DNA of 64,000 bases, from the NCBI GenBank assembly GCA_963843575.1, contig CAWJKZ010000014.1, forward strand, positions 736,001-800,000. The letters run 5' to 3'. Shown piece by piece: positions 20,450 to 29,504 of the stretch. This DNA is from an uncultured Acidobacteriota bacterium. Lineage in GTDB: Bacteria > Acidobacteriota > UBA6911. The stretch's first letter is position 1. The number at the start of each line of letters is the position of its first letter. Position numbers and translations under genes: made by a program. The notes below the pieces were generated by a model, which did not search any database, was not told the origin of the DNA, and saw only the letters and a list, made by a program, of their open reading frames with translations.

Positions 20450-22507
20450 ATGAAAACTGTGCTCCAGGAACACTCCTTGGACTGGGCGCTGACCCACGTA
20501 TCCCGATTCTGCGACAACGACTTTTTCCCGGCTATGTTCGAATTCAATGTCTTTGCTGGGGATTGGAATGAAGTCAGGATGCATATCCTCGCCATTGACC
20601 TGCAGGCGCACCTTCCAAGACCGCCGCTGGTTCGCTTCGCTCCGAAGCTGGCGGGATCCTTCCGGATACTCCATCGCCTCGACCCCATCGATTCGCTGAT
20701 CTATACCGCCCTTGTGCACGAGATCAACGAGACGTTGGAAAAATCCCGAGGCATGGGATCCACGGCATCCATTCACCCCTTCCGCATCGAGCCCTCCGCC
20801 AACGGGTCATTCTTCGGCGGCCGAAATTCGTGGCAGCAACACACCGAAAAACTTGAAAACCTGGCGAAGCAGTACCGCTGCTGCGGGCCTCAGAACACCG
20901 GCGGGTTCGTATTCATGGCGGATATCCACGACTTCTTCGGCAACATCCAGCCACGCCGGCTGATCCAGATGCTGCTCGAATCGGGCGCCGTGGGCGCGGA
21001 GCGAGCCCAAGCGCTCGGGCGCTTCCTTCCCGCGGTCTGCACCGGGGCCGGGCGTGGCATCCCCGCCGGCCCGGGGGCCAGCAGGGTCCTTGCCGAGTTG
21101 CTCTTCGCAGGCATCGATCAGAAGATCCTCCAGTACACGACCGACTTCACGCGGTGGGGCGACGACCTGCGGATGTTCTTCCGGACGCGAGAGGCGGCGG
21201 AAACGGCGCTACGCGATGTGACCACGCATCTGCATGCGATCCATGAATTGAGATTCGCCCCGCTGAAGACGCGCATTGTGCCGGTGGATGAATTCCTGGC
21301 GCACCACTTCAAGAGCCGGCCCGACGAATCCGCGGATGCCGGGGCCGCGGAGGTCCGGTTGAGCCAGCTCGTCGGGCAGAGCCCCCATGCCCTGCATTAC
21401 CATTGGATGTCCTCGGATGCAGCTGCACCCCCGTCGCAGGAAACAGGCGTTTACGCCACCCTGCAATCGCTACCTGAGCACGCGGAGGTTGGGACGGCGT
21501 ACGTCGTTCACTTCAACCGCGCGGTCGAAGGCAGCCCGCCGGATCTCCTCGCCGCACGGCGCATCCTGCGCAAAGCCGCGGCATACCGAGTCCGCACCCT
21601 CCTCCCGGGCGTGCTGGCGCATTTCGACAAGCTTGCCCCCGTGATTCGAGAAACGGCGATCTACCTGAAATCGGTTCTGGACACGGAGAACGTCCGGACC
21701 CACGCCAAGGAAATCCGCGAGATGTGGGAGGGGAGGCTCCACTCCTCCTCGTTCATCAACGAGTGGATGGGGCACGTGTTGACCCACCCTGCTTTCAACG
21801 AAATCGATTTGCCTGCGCATTACAGCGAGCTCGTGGATGTCAGGAGCAAGGCCCTGATTGCACTGCGGAAGAATGATGTGGATTGGGTCAGGAGGCACGC
21901 GGCTCAGCTGGACACCTTCGATCTGTGGGACAGGCGGGCGGTCCTCTATGCCTGCTCCGTGCTGCCCGAAGGCGAACGGGCGGACGTCGCGAGAATGGCC
22001 CTGGCCCGAGGGGGCATCACCGAGCGGGCCGTGGCGCGGCACATCGAGCCCGGGTCCGTCGCCGCAGCCGCGTCGGCCAGACTGAGGGGCCGGATCGGGG
22101 CCCCGGACAACTATCCTTCCTATGGCGACAAGGCGTTCAGGAGTCCGGACAGTGATCTATCCCGCGGCTACCGCGTCGAAGCCCCGGACAACTACCCCGC
22201 GTATGGCACCAAGGCCGTGGCCCCGAGCCCGCACTGGCTGAGCGAGCGCATCCCGGAACTGGATGCGCTGCTGAGGGAGCATGGTCCCGAAATCACCGTA
22301 GGCATCCAGGACTCGATCGATTCCGGCAACTGCATGTCGGGAACCGAATCGTTCCGTCGCGACCTTCTGGCACGCCTGGAGTTGAAGCCGGACACCGCTG
22401 CCGTTCCGGCCAGCGCGCTGCTGGCGCACCGCGACGACCCGTTGACCCGTAGGGCGGCCCGGGCCGCGGCCCTGCGCTGGAAGGAACTGCAAGGCAAGAA
22501 ACCGTGA
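20450..22507 (+). CDS. reverse transcriptase, UG/Abi-like, with alpha-helical and C-terminal extensions (685 aa)
   Basis: RBS GGAGA before ATG 20450; DWALTH..NDFFP..FE, PK..GSFR...LDPIDS, ADIHDFF (motif A, Asp at 20921), GIPAGP..S.VLAE, RWGDD (21155-21166), LKT. Confidence 0.88.
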   Translation: MKTVLQEHSLDWALTHVSRFCDNDFFPAMFEFNVFAGDWNEVRMHILAIDLQAHLPRPPLVRFAPKLAGSFRILHRLDPIDSLIYTALVHEINETLEKSRGMGSTASIHPFRIEPSANGSFFGGRNSWQQHTEKLENLAKQYRCCGPQNTGGFVFMADIHDFFGNIQPRRLIQMLLESGAVGAERAQALGRFLPAVCTGAGRGIPAGPGASRVLAELLFAGIDQKILQYTTDFTRWGDDLRMFFRTREAAETALRDVTTHLHAIHELRFAPLKTRIVPVDEFLAHHFKSRPDESADAGAAEVRLSQLVGQSPHALHYHWMSSDAAAPPSQETGVYATLQSLPEHAEVGTAYVVHFNRAVEGSPPDLLAARRILRKAAAYRVRTLLPGVLAHFDKLAPVIRETAIYLKSVLDTENVRTHAKEIREMWEGRLHSSSFINEWMGHVLTHPAFNEIDLPAHYSELVDVRSKALIALRKNDVDWVRRHAAQLDTFDLWDRRAVLYACSVLPEGERADVARMALARGGITERAVARHIEPGSVAAAASARLRGRIGAPDNYPSYGDKAFRSPDSDLSRGYRVEAPDNYPAYGTKAVAPSPHWLSERIPELDALLREHGPEITVGIQDSIDSGNCMSGTESFRRDLLARLELKPDTAAVPASALLAHRDDPLTRRAARAAALRWKELQGKKP

Positions 22508-23223
22508 ATCGACCTCTCGGCATGCATCTGGAGGAGGTCGCCGTGCTCATGGGCGGCTTCCTGCGCGGCTTTGAAGACAGCCGTGTGCACCTGGGCACGG
22601 CGGCACGTTTCGCCGGGGAATTCGGCAGGTTGATGCGGATACCGGCGCTTCACCCTTCGGCGGGGGACAAGGCCGTATCGTATGCCGAAGCAGCCGGATC
22701 TTACCGGGTTCCCGAACATGCCGTTTTCGACGCGAGAGCGGCCGATCCAGTTTCCGTCCTGATCAGGGGTCTCACCGGGTCGCCGGCGCTGGAGTCGGCA
22801 CACCCGCTTGGGGTCCTGCATCCGGAGAGCCTGCGCGCGGATCTCGGCCGGCTGTTGCGCATCCCGCTCTTGCGCTTCTACCTCCAAGTTGCGAAACGGG
22901 AGGCGTTTTGCACGCTGTTGAAGGGGATCGCCCAGCACGGCGGCTTCCCCGTCTCGGGCACTCTGCGGGGATTGCCCGACGCTTGCCCGGCCTGTGGGCA
23001 TCGGCTGGCCTTTGATGCCGGCGGCGCCCCCCAGTGTCCTGCCTGCAGCCAGACACTCGAGACCTTTCTCACGCTCCCGATGGTACCCGGCGTCCGGGCG
23101 CTGGTCTCATACGAGATGCTGCGCCAGGTGCTCGAACTCAATCTCGTGGAAACGTACCAGGAGGAGAGTGAAATCCGGCCCCTCCGGCCCGAGAGCCAAG
23201 CCCCGCATGACCACAACCGATGA
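22504..23223 (+). CDS. hypothetical protein with CPAC-x13-CPAC zinc ribbon
   Basis: GTG start overlaps the RT stop (GTGA); its end overlaps the S8 start. Confidence 0.7.
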   Translation: MNRPLGMHLEEVAVLMGGFLRGFEDSRVHLGTAARFAGEFGRLMRIPALHPSAGDKAVSYAEAAGSYRVPEHAVFDARAADPVSVLIRGLTGSPALESAHPLGVLHPESLRADLGRLLRIPLLRFYLQVAKREAFCTLLKGIAQHGGFPVSGTLRGLPDACPACGHRLAFDAGGAPQCPACSQTLETFLTLPMVPGVRALVSYEMLRQVLELNLVETYQEESEIRPLRPESQAPHDHNR

Positions 23224-25063
23224 GAAGATACACCCTTTTCTGACAAGGTCGCTCGCCGACAGGCGCACTCTGCTGATCGCCGAGCATGTGCAGGCTGCTC
23301 TCCATTTCGAGTTTGCCGACGAACACATCGAGGAACGCGAGTACGACGAACAGGAACGGCTGCGAGTCCACCGCACGATCGATCGCAAGGTCTTCCGGGG
23401 CGACACCTACGCCCGCTACTCGCGCATCGTTTCCGGGCTTCGCAAGCAGGGTTTTGCCGGGGAAAACCTCGACGCGAAGGTCAGGGCGCATCTGGCCAGG
23501 GACCTCGGATCCGTTGCTTCCGCCGTGAACGTCCGGGATGACGTCGAGGGATCGTTGCGGCGGTACGCCGACATGTTGCCGCAACACAAGTGGCCGGTAG
23601 TCCTGTGCATAGCTCGGGCACTCGAAGAGGCCGGCCGCCTCAAGGAACGCCTGGCTTCGCTCGGATTCCCGGTCCTTTCCGAAGGATTACTGGAGAGACT
23701 CGGAATCGTCTGCTGCGGCTGCCCTCCCGAACAGAGCTTTGTCCGCCACGTCGCCAGCCTTCCCAACACCGGCGCGGTCGCCGACGCGTTGACCCCCGTG
23801 AAGGCGCCGGAACCGATGTCGGTGAGCACCACGATGGTGGAAACCCGGCTAATCCTCGGCATCACCCCGGACATGGCTGAGAAATACGGCCATGATGTCA
23901 CGCTCGCTGTCTTGGACACGGGCCTCGATCGCAACCATCCGGCCTTCGCCGCAATGTCGCACGAAGATTACGCGAACTTCACAGCAGAAGAAGATACGGA
24001 CGTTCAAGGTCATGGCACGCACGTCGCGGCCATTGCCGCCGGCAACGACCGAACGTGCGACGGCCGATATTCAGGGATCGCCCCCCGGAGTCACCTGGTC
24101 GCGGCGAAAGTCATGTCGAGGAGGCAGGACGGAACCCTCGAGTCCGTCCTTCGCGGGATGGCCTGGGCCGTCTTCGAAAAGCGCGCAGACATCCTCAGCC
24201 TGTCGCTCGGCGACTGCGGGACGCCGCCCAACGGGATGTCCATCTGGACACGGGCTTGCGAAGAGTCCTTTCGCCAGGGAACCGTGGTTTGCGTGGCAGC
24301 AGGCAATCCGTGTCCTCCCTACCCGCAATCCATCACCGTGCCGGGCGATTCCGTCCACGCCGTCACGGTTGGAGCAATCGACCGGAAACGTCAACTGGCC
24401 GGCTTTTCCGCTCTGGGGAGCACCGATCCAAACTCGCCGCTATTCGGAAAGCCCAACTGCGTCGGCCCCGGGGTGGATATCGTGGCGGCCCGCTCTGCTT
24501 CGGCAACCTACGGGCCCGCGGAAATCGTGGACCAGCTGCACGTTCGGCTCTCGGGTACAAGCATGGCGACGCCGGCCGTTGCCGGATGCCTGGCGCTGCT
24601 GAAGTCCAAGGCACGTTCTCACGGCTGGGACATCAGCCCGGCGGAGCTGGCGGATCTGTTTTACGCGGCATGCCTGCCGCTGAGAAATGCAGCCGGGCGG
24701 GAATACCGCAGCGACATCGAGGCGGGCCATGGGTTGGTGGATATGCGCGCGGCGTTCCGCGAAGCAGAGCGGCAGGCCTCGTCGCGCGCTTCCCAGGGTA
24801 TAGACAGCGCCGCGAGAGTGGAACAGGTGGGTGGACATCCGGAGCCCCTCCCCGCGGCAGTTGCAGGTAGTGCTTCGATCCAACCGGCGCAGTTCGAGCC
24901 CGGCGTCTGCCATCGCTGCGGCCAACACTACCTCGGCAGAATCGGGACCTTCTCGCCGGTGTGGGTGTGCGCGCATTGCGCTGCACCGCTTTGCGTCGTC
25001 TGCTGGCAGCTTGGCTGCCGCGAATGCGCAAAGCACAAAGCCGGCGGGGCGCAAGCCCAGTGA
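23207..25063 (+). CDS. S8 (subtilisin-family) serine protease, no signal peptide, Cys-rich C-terminus
   Basis: Triad AVLDTG (Asp 23915), GHGTHVA (His 24011), GTSMATP (Ser 24560); oxyanion AAGN; C-terminal CHRC..CAHC..LCVVC..GCRECAKH. Confidence 0.92.
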   Translation: MTTTDEKIHPFLTRSLADRRTLLIAEHVQAALHFEFADEHIEEREYDEQERLRVHRTIDRKVFRGDTYARYSRIVSGLRKQGFAGENLDAKVRAHLARDLGSVASAVNVRDDVEGSLRRYADMLPQHKWPVVLCIARALEEAGRLKERLASLGFPVLSEGLLERLGIVCCGCPPEQSFVRHVASLPNTGAVADALTPVKAPEPMSVSTTMVETRLILGITPDMAEKYGHDVTLAVLDTGLDRNHPAFAAMSHEDYANFTAEEDTDVQGHGTHVAAIAAGNDRTCDGRYSGIAPRSHLVAAKVMSRRQDGTLESVLRGMAWAVFEKRADILSLSLGDCGTPPNGMSIWTRACEESFRQGTVVCVAAGNPCPPYPQSITVPGDSVHAVTVGAIDRKRQLAGFSALGSTDPNSPLFGKPNCVGPGVDIVAARSASATYGPAEIVDQLHVRLSGTSMATPAVAGCLALLKSKARSHGWDISPAELADLFYAACLPLRNAAGREYRSDIEAGHGLVDMRAAFREAERQASSRASQGIDSAARVEQVGGHPEPLPAAVAGSASIQPAQFEPGVCHRCGQHYLGRIGTFSPVWVCAHCAAPLCVVCWQLGCRECAKHKAGGAQAQ

Positions 25064-25327
25064 GCCATCCCCCCGCTGATCTTGCGCAATGAAGCGCACC
25101 AGTCGGTCCCCTGGATTACCCCAATCACCGTTTCCCGCCGATTCCGGATGATCACCCGATCTTCCGCTGCAAAGGCCATTCATTGGACCGGGCCCGGTGA
25201 CCTGGTGGAAGACGATTCCTTGTTTCAGACCCTCCACGACGAAGAGTTCGAGGAGCCACGTGGTCTGCTCTGCGATCTCCGCGCCGCTGTTCCGAAAATT
25301 GACGACACCGTGGAGATTTGTAGAGAT

Positions 25328-25365
25328 CGCCTTGGAGGTGAGCTTCAAAAACTCACCTCCAGGCG
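25328..25365. terminator. strong hairpin downstream of the RT operon
   Basis: CGCCT-T-GGAGGTGAG / CTCACCTCC-AGGCG stem with a 9-nt loop. Confidence 0.4.
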
Positions 25366-25433
25366 GTATCCGAAACTGGGATGAACCTCAAGCGGATCTC
25401 CTGCGTATGCTTATGACAAGAGAGGATACCGCC

Positions 25434-26918
25434 ATGAAACCGATGAGCCTTGCACTGATGATGGTTGTGCTGGCTTTCACTCGCTTCTCCTTCGGCGCTG
25501 CCGAGAGCGGGGTCGCACGCGATCCCGCGGTAAGCGCGGCACTGACCCAACTCGATGTGCAGCTGGCTGCCGTGTTGAAGGAACGCAATCTACCCGGTCT
25601 TTCGGCGTGCGTCGTCTATGACCGGGAGTTGATCTGGGCCAAGGGGTATGGATACGCGGACCTGGAGTCTCGAGTTCCGGCGGACGCGGACAGCATCTAC
25701 GAGATCGGTTCCGTTACGAAGCTGTTCAACGCGGTGATGCTGATGAAGCTGAGAGACGCGGGCCGGCTGAGCCTGGACGATCCCATCGAGAAGTACCTCC
25801 CCGAGTTTAAGGTCAAGTCCAGTTTCCCGGATTCGCGACCCCCGACGTTTCGCGAGGTGGTATCCCATGTAAGCGGCCTGCCGCGGGAGTTCGGGTTCGA
25901 CGTGGGCAAGTCCGGCCACCTTCAGCAGTATCCGGCCGCGGTGGTGCTGGCCGGGATCAAGGACAAGGAAATGCAGTACCCCGCCCATTCCGGCTTTCAC
26001 TACTCCAACCTTGGAATCTATATCATCGGGCAGGCCTTGCAGAAGATCGCCGGCGAACCCTACACGCAGTACATGCAACGAAACGTCTTCGACCCGCTCG
26101 GGATGCGGAGTACCGGGTGGGAGTACACCGAGGCGATGAAGCCGCACAGGGCGATTGGCTATTTGGCCGCAAAGCCGGACGGCAGCAGGGAGGTTGCGCC
26201 GCTCTTCGTCCCGGGAGACTTTGGCGTTTCGGCCGGCGGGATTCAGTCCTCCGTCAGAGACATGGCCAAATTCATCTCGTTGCAGTTCGGTGAGGGCCCC
26301 GCCGCAGGCGCACAGATACTCGGGGGCACAACCCTGCGGGAAATGCGTTCCTCCCTGGTCCCCGCAGAGAACTGGCTATGGGGTTACGGGATCGGCTGGG
26401 AGGTCGAAAAGTACACGCGCCATGTGGGCATCTGTCACACGGGCGGCACCCTTGGGTTCGCCAGCAAGGTCCGCGCTGTGCCGGACCTCAAGCTCGGCTT
26501 CGTGTTGCTCGTCAACCAGGATACGGATTCGGACGAACTGAGCCGCAAGCTGGTCGAGGGGCTCATTCCCGCTTTCGAACAGGTGGCAAAGAAGCGTTCG
26601 CTGCAGGAAAAGCCGCCGCTCCCCGCCGACGCCGCCAGGTACACCGGGCACTACGCCTGCGAGTTCGGCGTCGCCGACATCAGCATCCTCGACGGCCGTC
26701 TGGTCCTGATCACCACGGAAGCGGATGGATCGAAGGGCGCGCCGTGGATACTGGAAGCGCGGAAAGACAGCACGCTCCTCGTTAAATCCGGGTCCGGAAA
26801 TTTCGACGGCCTCGTCGTCGCTTTCCACCCGGCGACCGCGACGGAACCGGCAAACATCGAACTCCTCGGAGTGAAGTTCCCGAGAAAAGGGGAGGGACCC
26901 CCCGCGAACAACCCGTGA
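25434..26918 (+). CDS. secreted serine hydrolase, beta-lactamase/AmpC family
   Basis: Signal peptide; SVTK (SxxK), YSN (YxN), HTGG motifs. Confidence 0.88.
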   Translation: MKPMSLALMMVVLAFTRFSFGAAESGVARDPAVSAALTQLDVQLAAVLKERNLPGLSACVVYDRELIWAKGYGYADLESRVPADADSIYEIGSVTKLFNAVMLMKLRDAGRLSLDDPIEKYLPEFKVKSSFPDSRPPTFREVVSHVSGLPREFGFDVGKSGHLQQYPAAVVLAGIKDKEMQYPAHSGFHYSNLGIYIIGQALQKIAGEPYTQYMQRNVFDPLGMRSTGWEYTEAMKPHRAIGYLAAKPDGSREVAPLFVPGDFGVSAGGIQSSVRDMAKFISLQFGEGPAAGAQILGGTTLREMRSSLVPAENWLWGYGIGWEVEKYTRHVGICHTGGTLGFASKVRAVPDLKLGFVLLVNQDTDSDELSRKLVEGLIPAFEQVAKKRSLQEKPPLPADAARYTGHYACEFGVADISILDGRLVLITTEADGSKGAPWILEARKDSTLLVKSGSGNFDGLVVAFHPATATEPANIELLGVKFPRKGEGPPANNP

Positions 26919-27457
26919 TGACGGCCGCTGCCGCGATCGCGTCCCGGCCGGAGACGGACAATGCGCTGACCCGGATTGGGCGCGACGGGCTGGAGGCCGG
27001 CGTGTCGCCCGAACGCTTGAAACGGAACCTGGCGCGCAATCCCTGCCGGCAATCTCACAATCACGACAAGTGTCTACTACACAGACGAGTCCATGGATTC
27101 GCGCGGAAACCGGCGAGTTCGAGGAAAACCCGAATTCGATCGTCCTCGGCATCGCGGCAGGGCCACAGCGCAAGGCGACCGCGCTCGACGCCACTGCCGG
27201 CGACACCGCCGTCGCCGAGGCAACCTACGACCCGTGCACAAACAGGCTTCGCGCAAGAAAGTTCCTGCGCGTCGCCGGACGTCTGTACCTTGTGGGCCTC
27301 GAATGCGAGTGCCACAGGAAGTAGTCCGTCTTCGCAACGCAACGCGTTAGTAGCGACTTCCCGCTGACCAGCCGAAATACATTGTCACAGCCCGGAAGTC
27401 GGCTGCACGGATGGTGACCGGCATGAAAGAAGACAATCGCTATTGCTTCACGCTCAG

Positions 27458-27728
27458 CTGGCTTTCACGGTTTCCGGCACTCGGCCGCCAGTCCGATCAA
27501 CAACGAGACCGGCAATCTGAAGCTCGCGCAGAATCTCCTCGGCCACTCCACTCTCCAGATGACCCGGACACCTACACGCACACCTCAACCGAGGCCCAGC
27601 GGGAGGCAGCCGAGGTTTTGGAACGGACAATTTTCGGAAATCTGTTCCCAATTGTTCCCATAATCGGGAACAGGAACAATCAATTAACGCAAAGGCCACG
27701 CAGGTCTGCCAAGCCTGCAGGTGCTTGA
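27458..27728 (+). pseudogene. C-terminal remnant of a tyrosine recombinase/integrase
   Basis: FHGFRHSAAS...LKLAQNLLGHSTLQMT then frameshift to DTYTH (HxxR, LGH, catalytic Tyr); adjacent to a tRNA 3' end. Confidence 0.85.
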
Positions 27729-27765
27729 AATCATGAAGCTTACGGGACTGAAAAAACAAAGAAAG

Positions 27766-27843
<78 letters not shown>

Positions 27844-27868
27844 TATCCAAGTAGAGGCAAATCCTAGC

Positions 27869-28637
27869 CTAATTCTTGCGACCGATCAACCCAATTCCAG
27901 GCAGTCGAACAGGATGCGACAGGTTTGTCTCTTCGCCCATCAGCCACTGGGCGGCATCGTAGTCCGTCTGGTCGCGCTGAAGGGGGGTGATCGAAATGTA
28001 GTGCTCGAGGATGGCATGGAAGTCGAGCGGCATCCCCCCGAGGTCCGGCTTCCCCGCCCCGGGGTCCTCCCCTGCCCCGTTAAAGCCGGGGTAGTGCGGT
28101 GCGCATCCCTGCCGCGTGATCTTCACCCCGCGCACCTTGCGGACCGGTACGTTGACGTTGAGGCAGACACCGAGCCGCACATCCCGATCGAGCAGCGAAC
28201 GCACCAGGGTGCGGGCAAACCTGGCCGCGTCCTTGAACTGCACGGGCTTGTCGTCGTACGCCTGCGAGATGGCGACGGCGGGAAGACCGTTCTTGGAGGC
28301 CTCCCGCGCGGCGGCCACGGTGCCCGAATACATTATGTCGTCTCCGAGATTCGCACCCGCGATTGATGCCGGAAATGACCAGGTCGGGGCGTTGGGGCGC
28401 GATGTGTCTCAGGGCGTATATCACGCAGTCCGCAGGTGTTCCGTCCAGGCTGAAGCGGTTCGGCGAGAGCTTGGTGACGGTGAGCGGGGCATGGATGGTG
28501 AGGCCGTGGCTGACGGCGCTGCGCTCGCGGTCGGGCGCCACGACGAGGATATCCGCAATGCCTTGGAGGGATACCTCCAAGGCGACCAGCCCTGCGGCTT
28601 CTATACCGTCGTCGTTGGTAAGTAGAATGAGTGCCAC
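27869..28637 (-). CDS. surE: 5'/3'-nucleotidase SurE (1-nt frameshift near 28355)
   Basis: [21 protein letters not shown]|[18 protein letters not shown]. Confidence 0.9.
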
Positions 28638-28651
28638 GAGAAAAAGAAAAA

Positions 28652-28728
28652 TGGTCGGGACGAGTGGATTTGAACCACCGACCACACGCACCCCAAGCGT
28701 GTGCGCTACCAGGCTGCGCTACGTCCCG
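28652..28728 (-). tRNA. tRNA-Pro(GGG)
   Basis: CGGGACGTAGCGCAGCCTGGTAGCGCACACGCTTGGGGTGCGTGTGGTCGGTGGTTCAAATCCACTCGTCCCGACCA; typical ihf-merR-tRNA-surE context. Confidence 0.96.
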
Positions 28729-28747
28729 ACCGACAAAAAGCACAGTA

Positions 28748-29146
28748 TCATTCGCGTTCGAGCAAAGTCAATATGTTCTCCAGTTCGGCCCGAACCTGCT
28801 TCAACTGCGAGGGCGCCTTCGATTTCTGCGCAGGAGGTTGAGCGGGTTGGCGGCGGCGCCCCCTCCGGTCGGCAGGCCGGGGAGGGTGCGTCGCCGGGCG
28901 GGGCGCTCCGGTCGCGAGCTGTTTTCGGGCTCCCGCGATCGTGAAACCGTCCTCGTATAGCAGCCTCCGGATCTCGAGCAGCAGTTCGATGTCTTTCGGC
29001 CGGTACGTCCGCTGCCCGGCCTTGTTCTTCGGCGGGGCGAGGCACGAAAACTCGCTTTCCCAGTAGCGCAGCACGTAAGCTTCGACGCCGAGGATTTCAC
29101 AAACCTCGCCGATTTTGTAGTAGAGCTTCGTGGGCGTGAACGGCAT
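28748..29146 (-). CDS. MerR-family transcriptional regulator
   Basis: [27 protein letters not shown]. Confidence 0.9.
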   Translation of the reverse strand: MPFTPTKLYYKIGEVCEILGVEAYVLRYWESEFSCLAPPKNKAGQRTYRPKDIELLLEIRRLLYEDGFTIAGARKQLATGAPRPATHPPRPADRRGRRRQPAQPPAQKSKAPSQLKQVRAELENILTLLERE

Positions 29147-29151
29147 GAGGA

Positions 29152-29421
29152 TCAGACCGACTTAAGGTACTTCGAGGGCTTGAAAGTTATCGCCTTGCGT
29201 CCGGGAATGACCATCGAATCCCCGGTCTTGGGATTGACCCCCTTCTTGTCTTTCCGGCGGACGGTGCGGAAACAACCGAAACCGCTGATCAGGACTTTTT
29301 CCCCTTCGCCGAGCCTTCGCTTGATAATCTCCAGAATCAGTTCCACGACCTTCTGGGCGTCCGCCTGGGACAATCCGCCGTGCGCATCATAAACTGCTTT
29401 GCTCAAGTCCTTCTTGTTCAC
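29152..29421 (-). CDS. HU/IHF-family DNA-binding protein (IHF alpha-like)
   Basis: [24 protein letters not shown]. Confidence 0.9.
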   Translation of the reverse strand: MNKKDLSKAVYDAHGGLSQADAQKVVELILEIIKRRLGEGEKVLISGFGCFRTVRRKDKKGVNPKTGDSMVIPGRKAITFKPSKYLKSV

Positions 29422-29504
29422 ATCGAGCGCCCGTTCCGCGCGGAAGGTGGAGATGGCTGGAGTGGTTCGACAGAGCTAATACTAGTGTCGAGCCCGCGGC
29501 ACTG

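Noticed and set aside
13940-22507. DGR formed by the RT and the FGE-domain kinase
   Set aside because: No TR/VR repeat pair or avd-like gene found, and the RT lacks DGR-type motifs and is much longer
20450-22507. Group II intron, retron or CRISPR-associated RT
   Set aside because: No YADD or maturase domain, no domain V/VI-like tail, no retron VTG motif, no cas genes or array
26915-27450. Short ORFs between the serine hydrolase and the integrase remnant
   Set aside because: No recognisable motifs; probably decayed sequence
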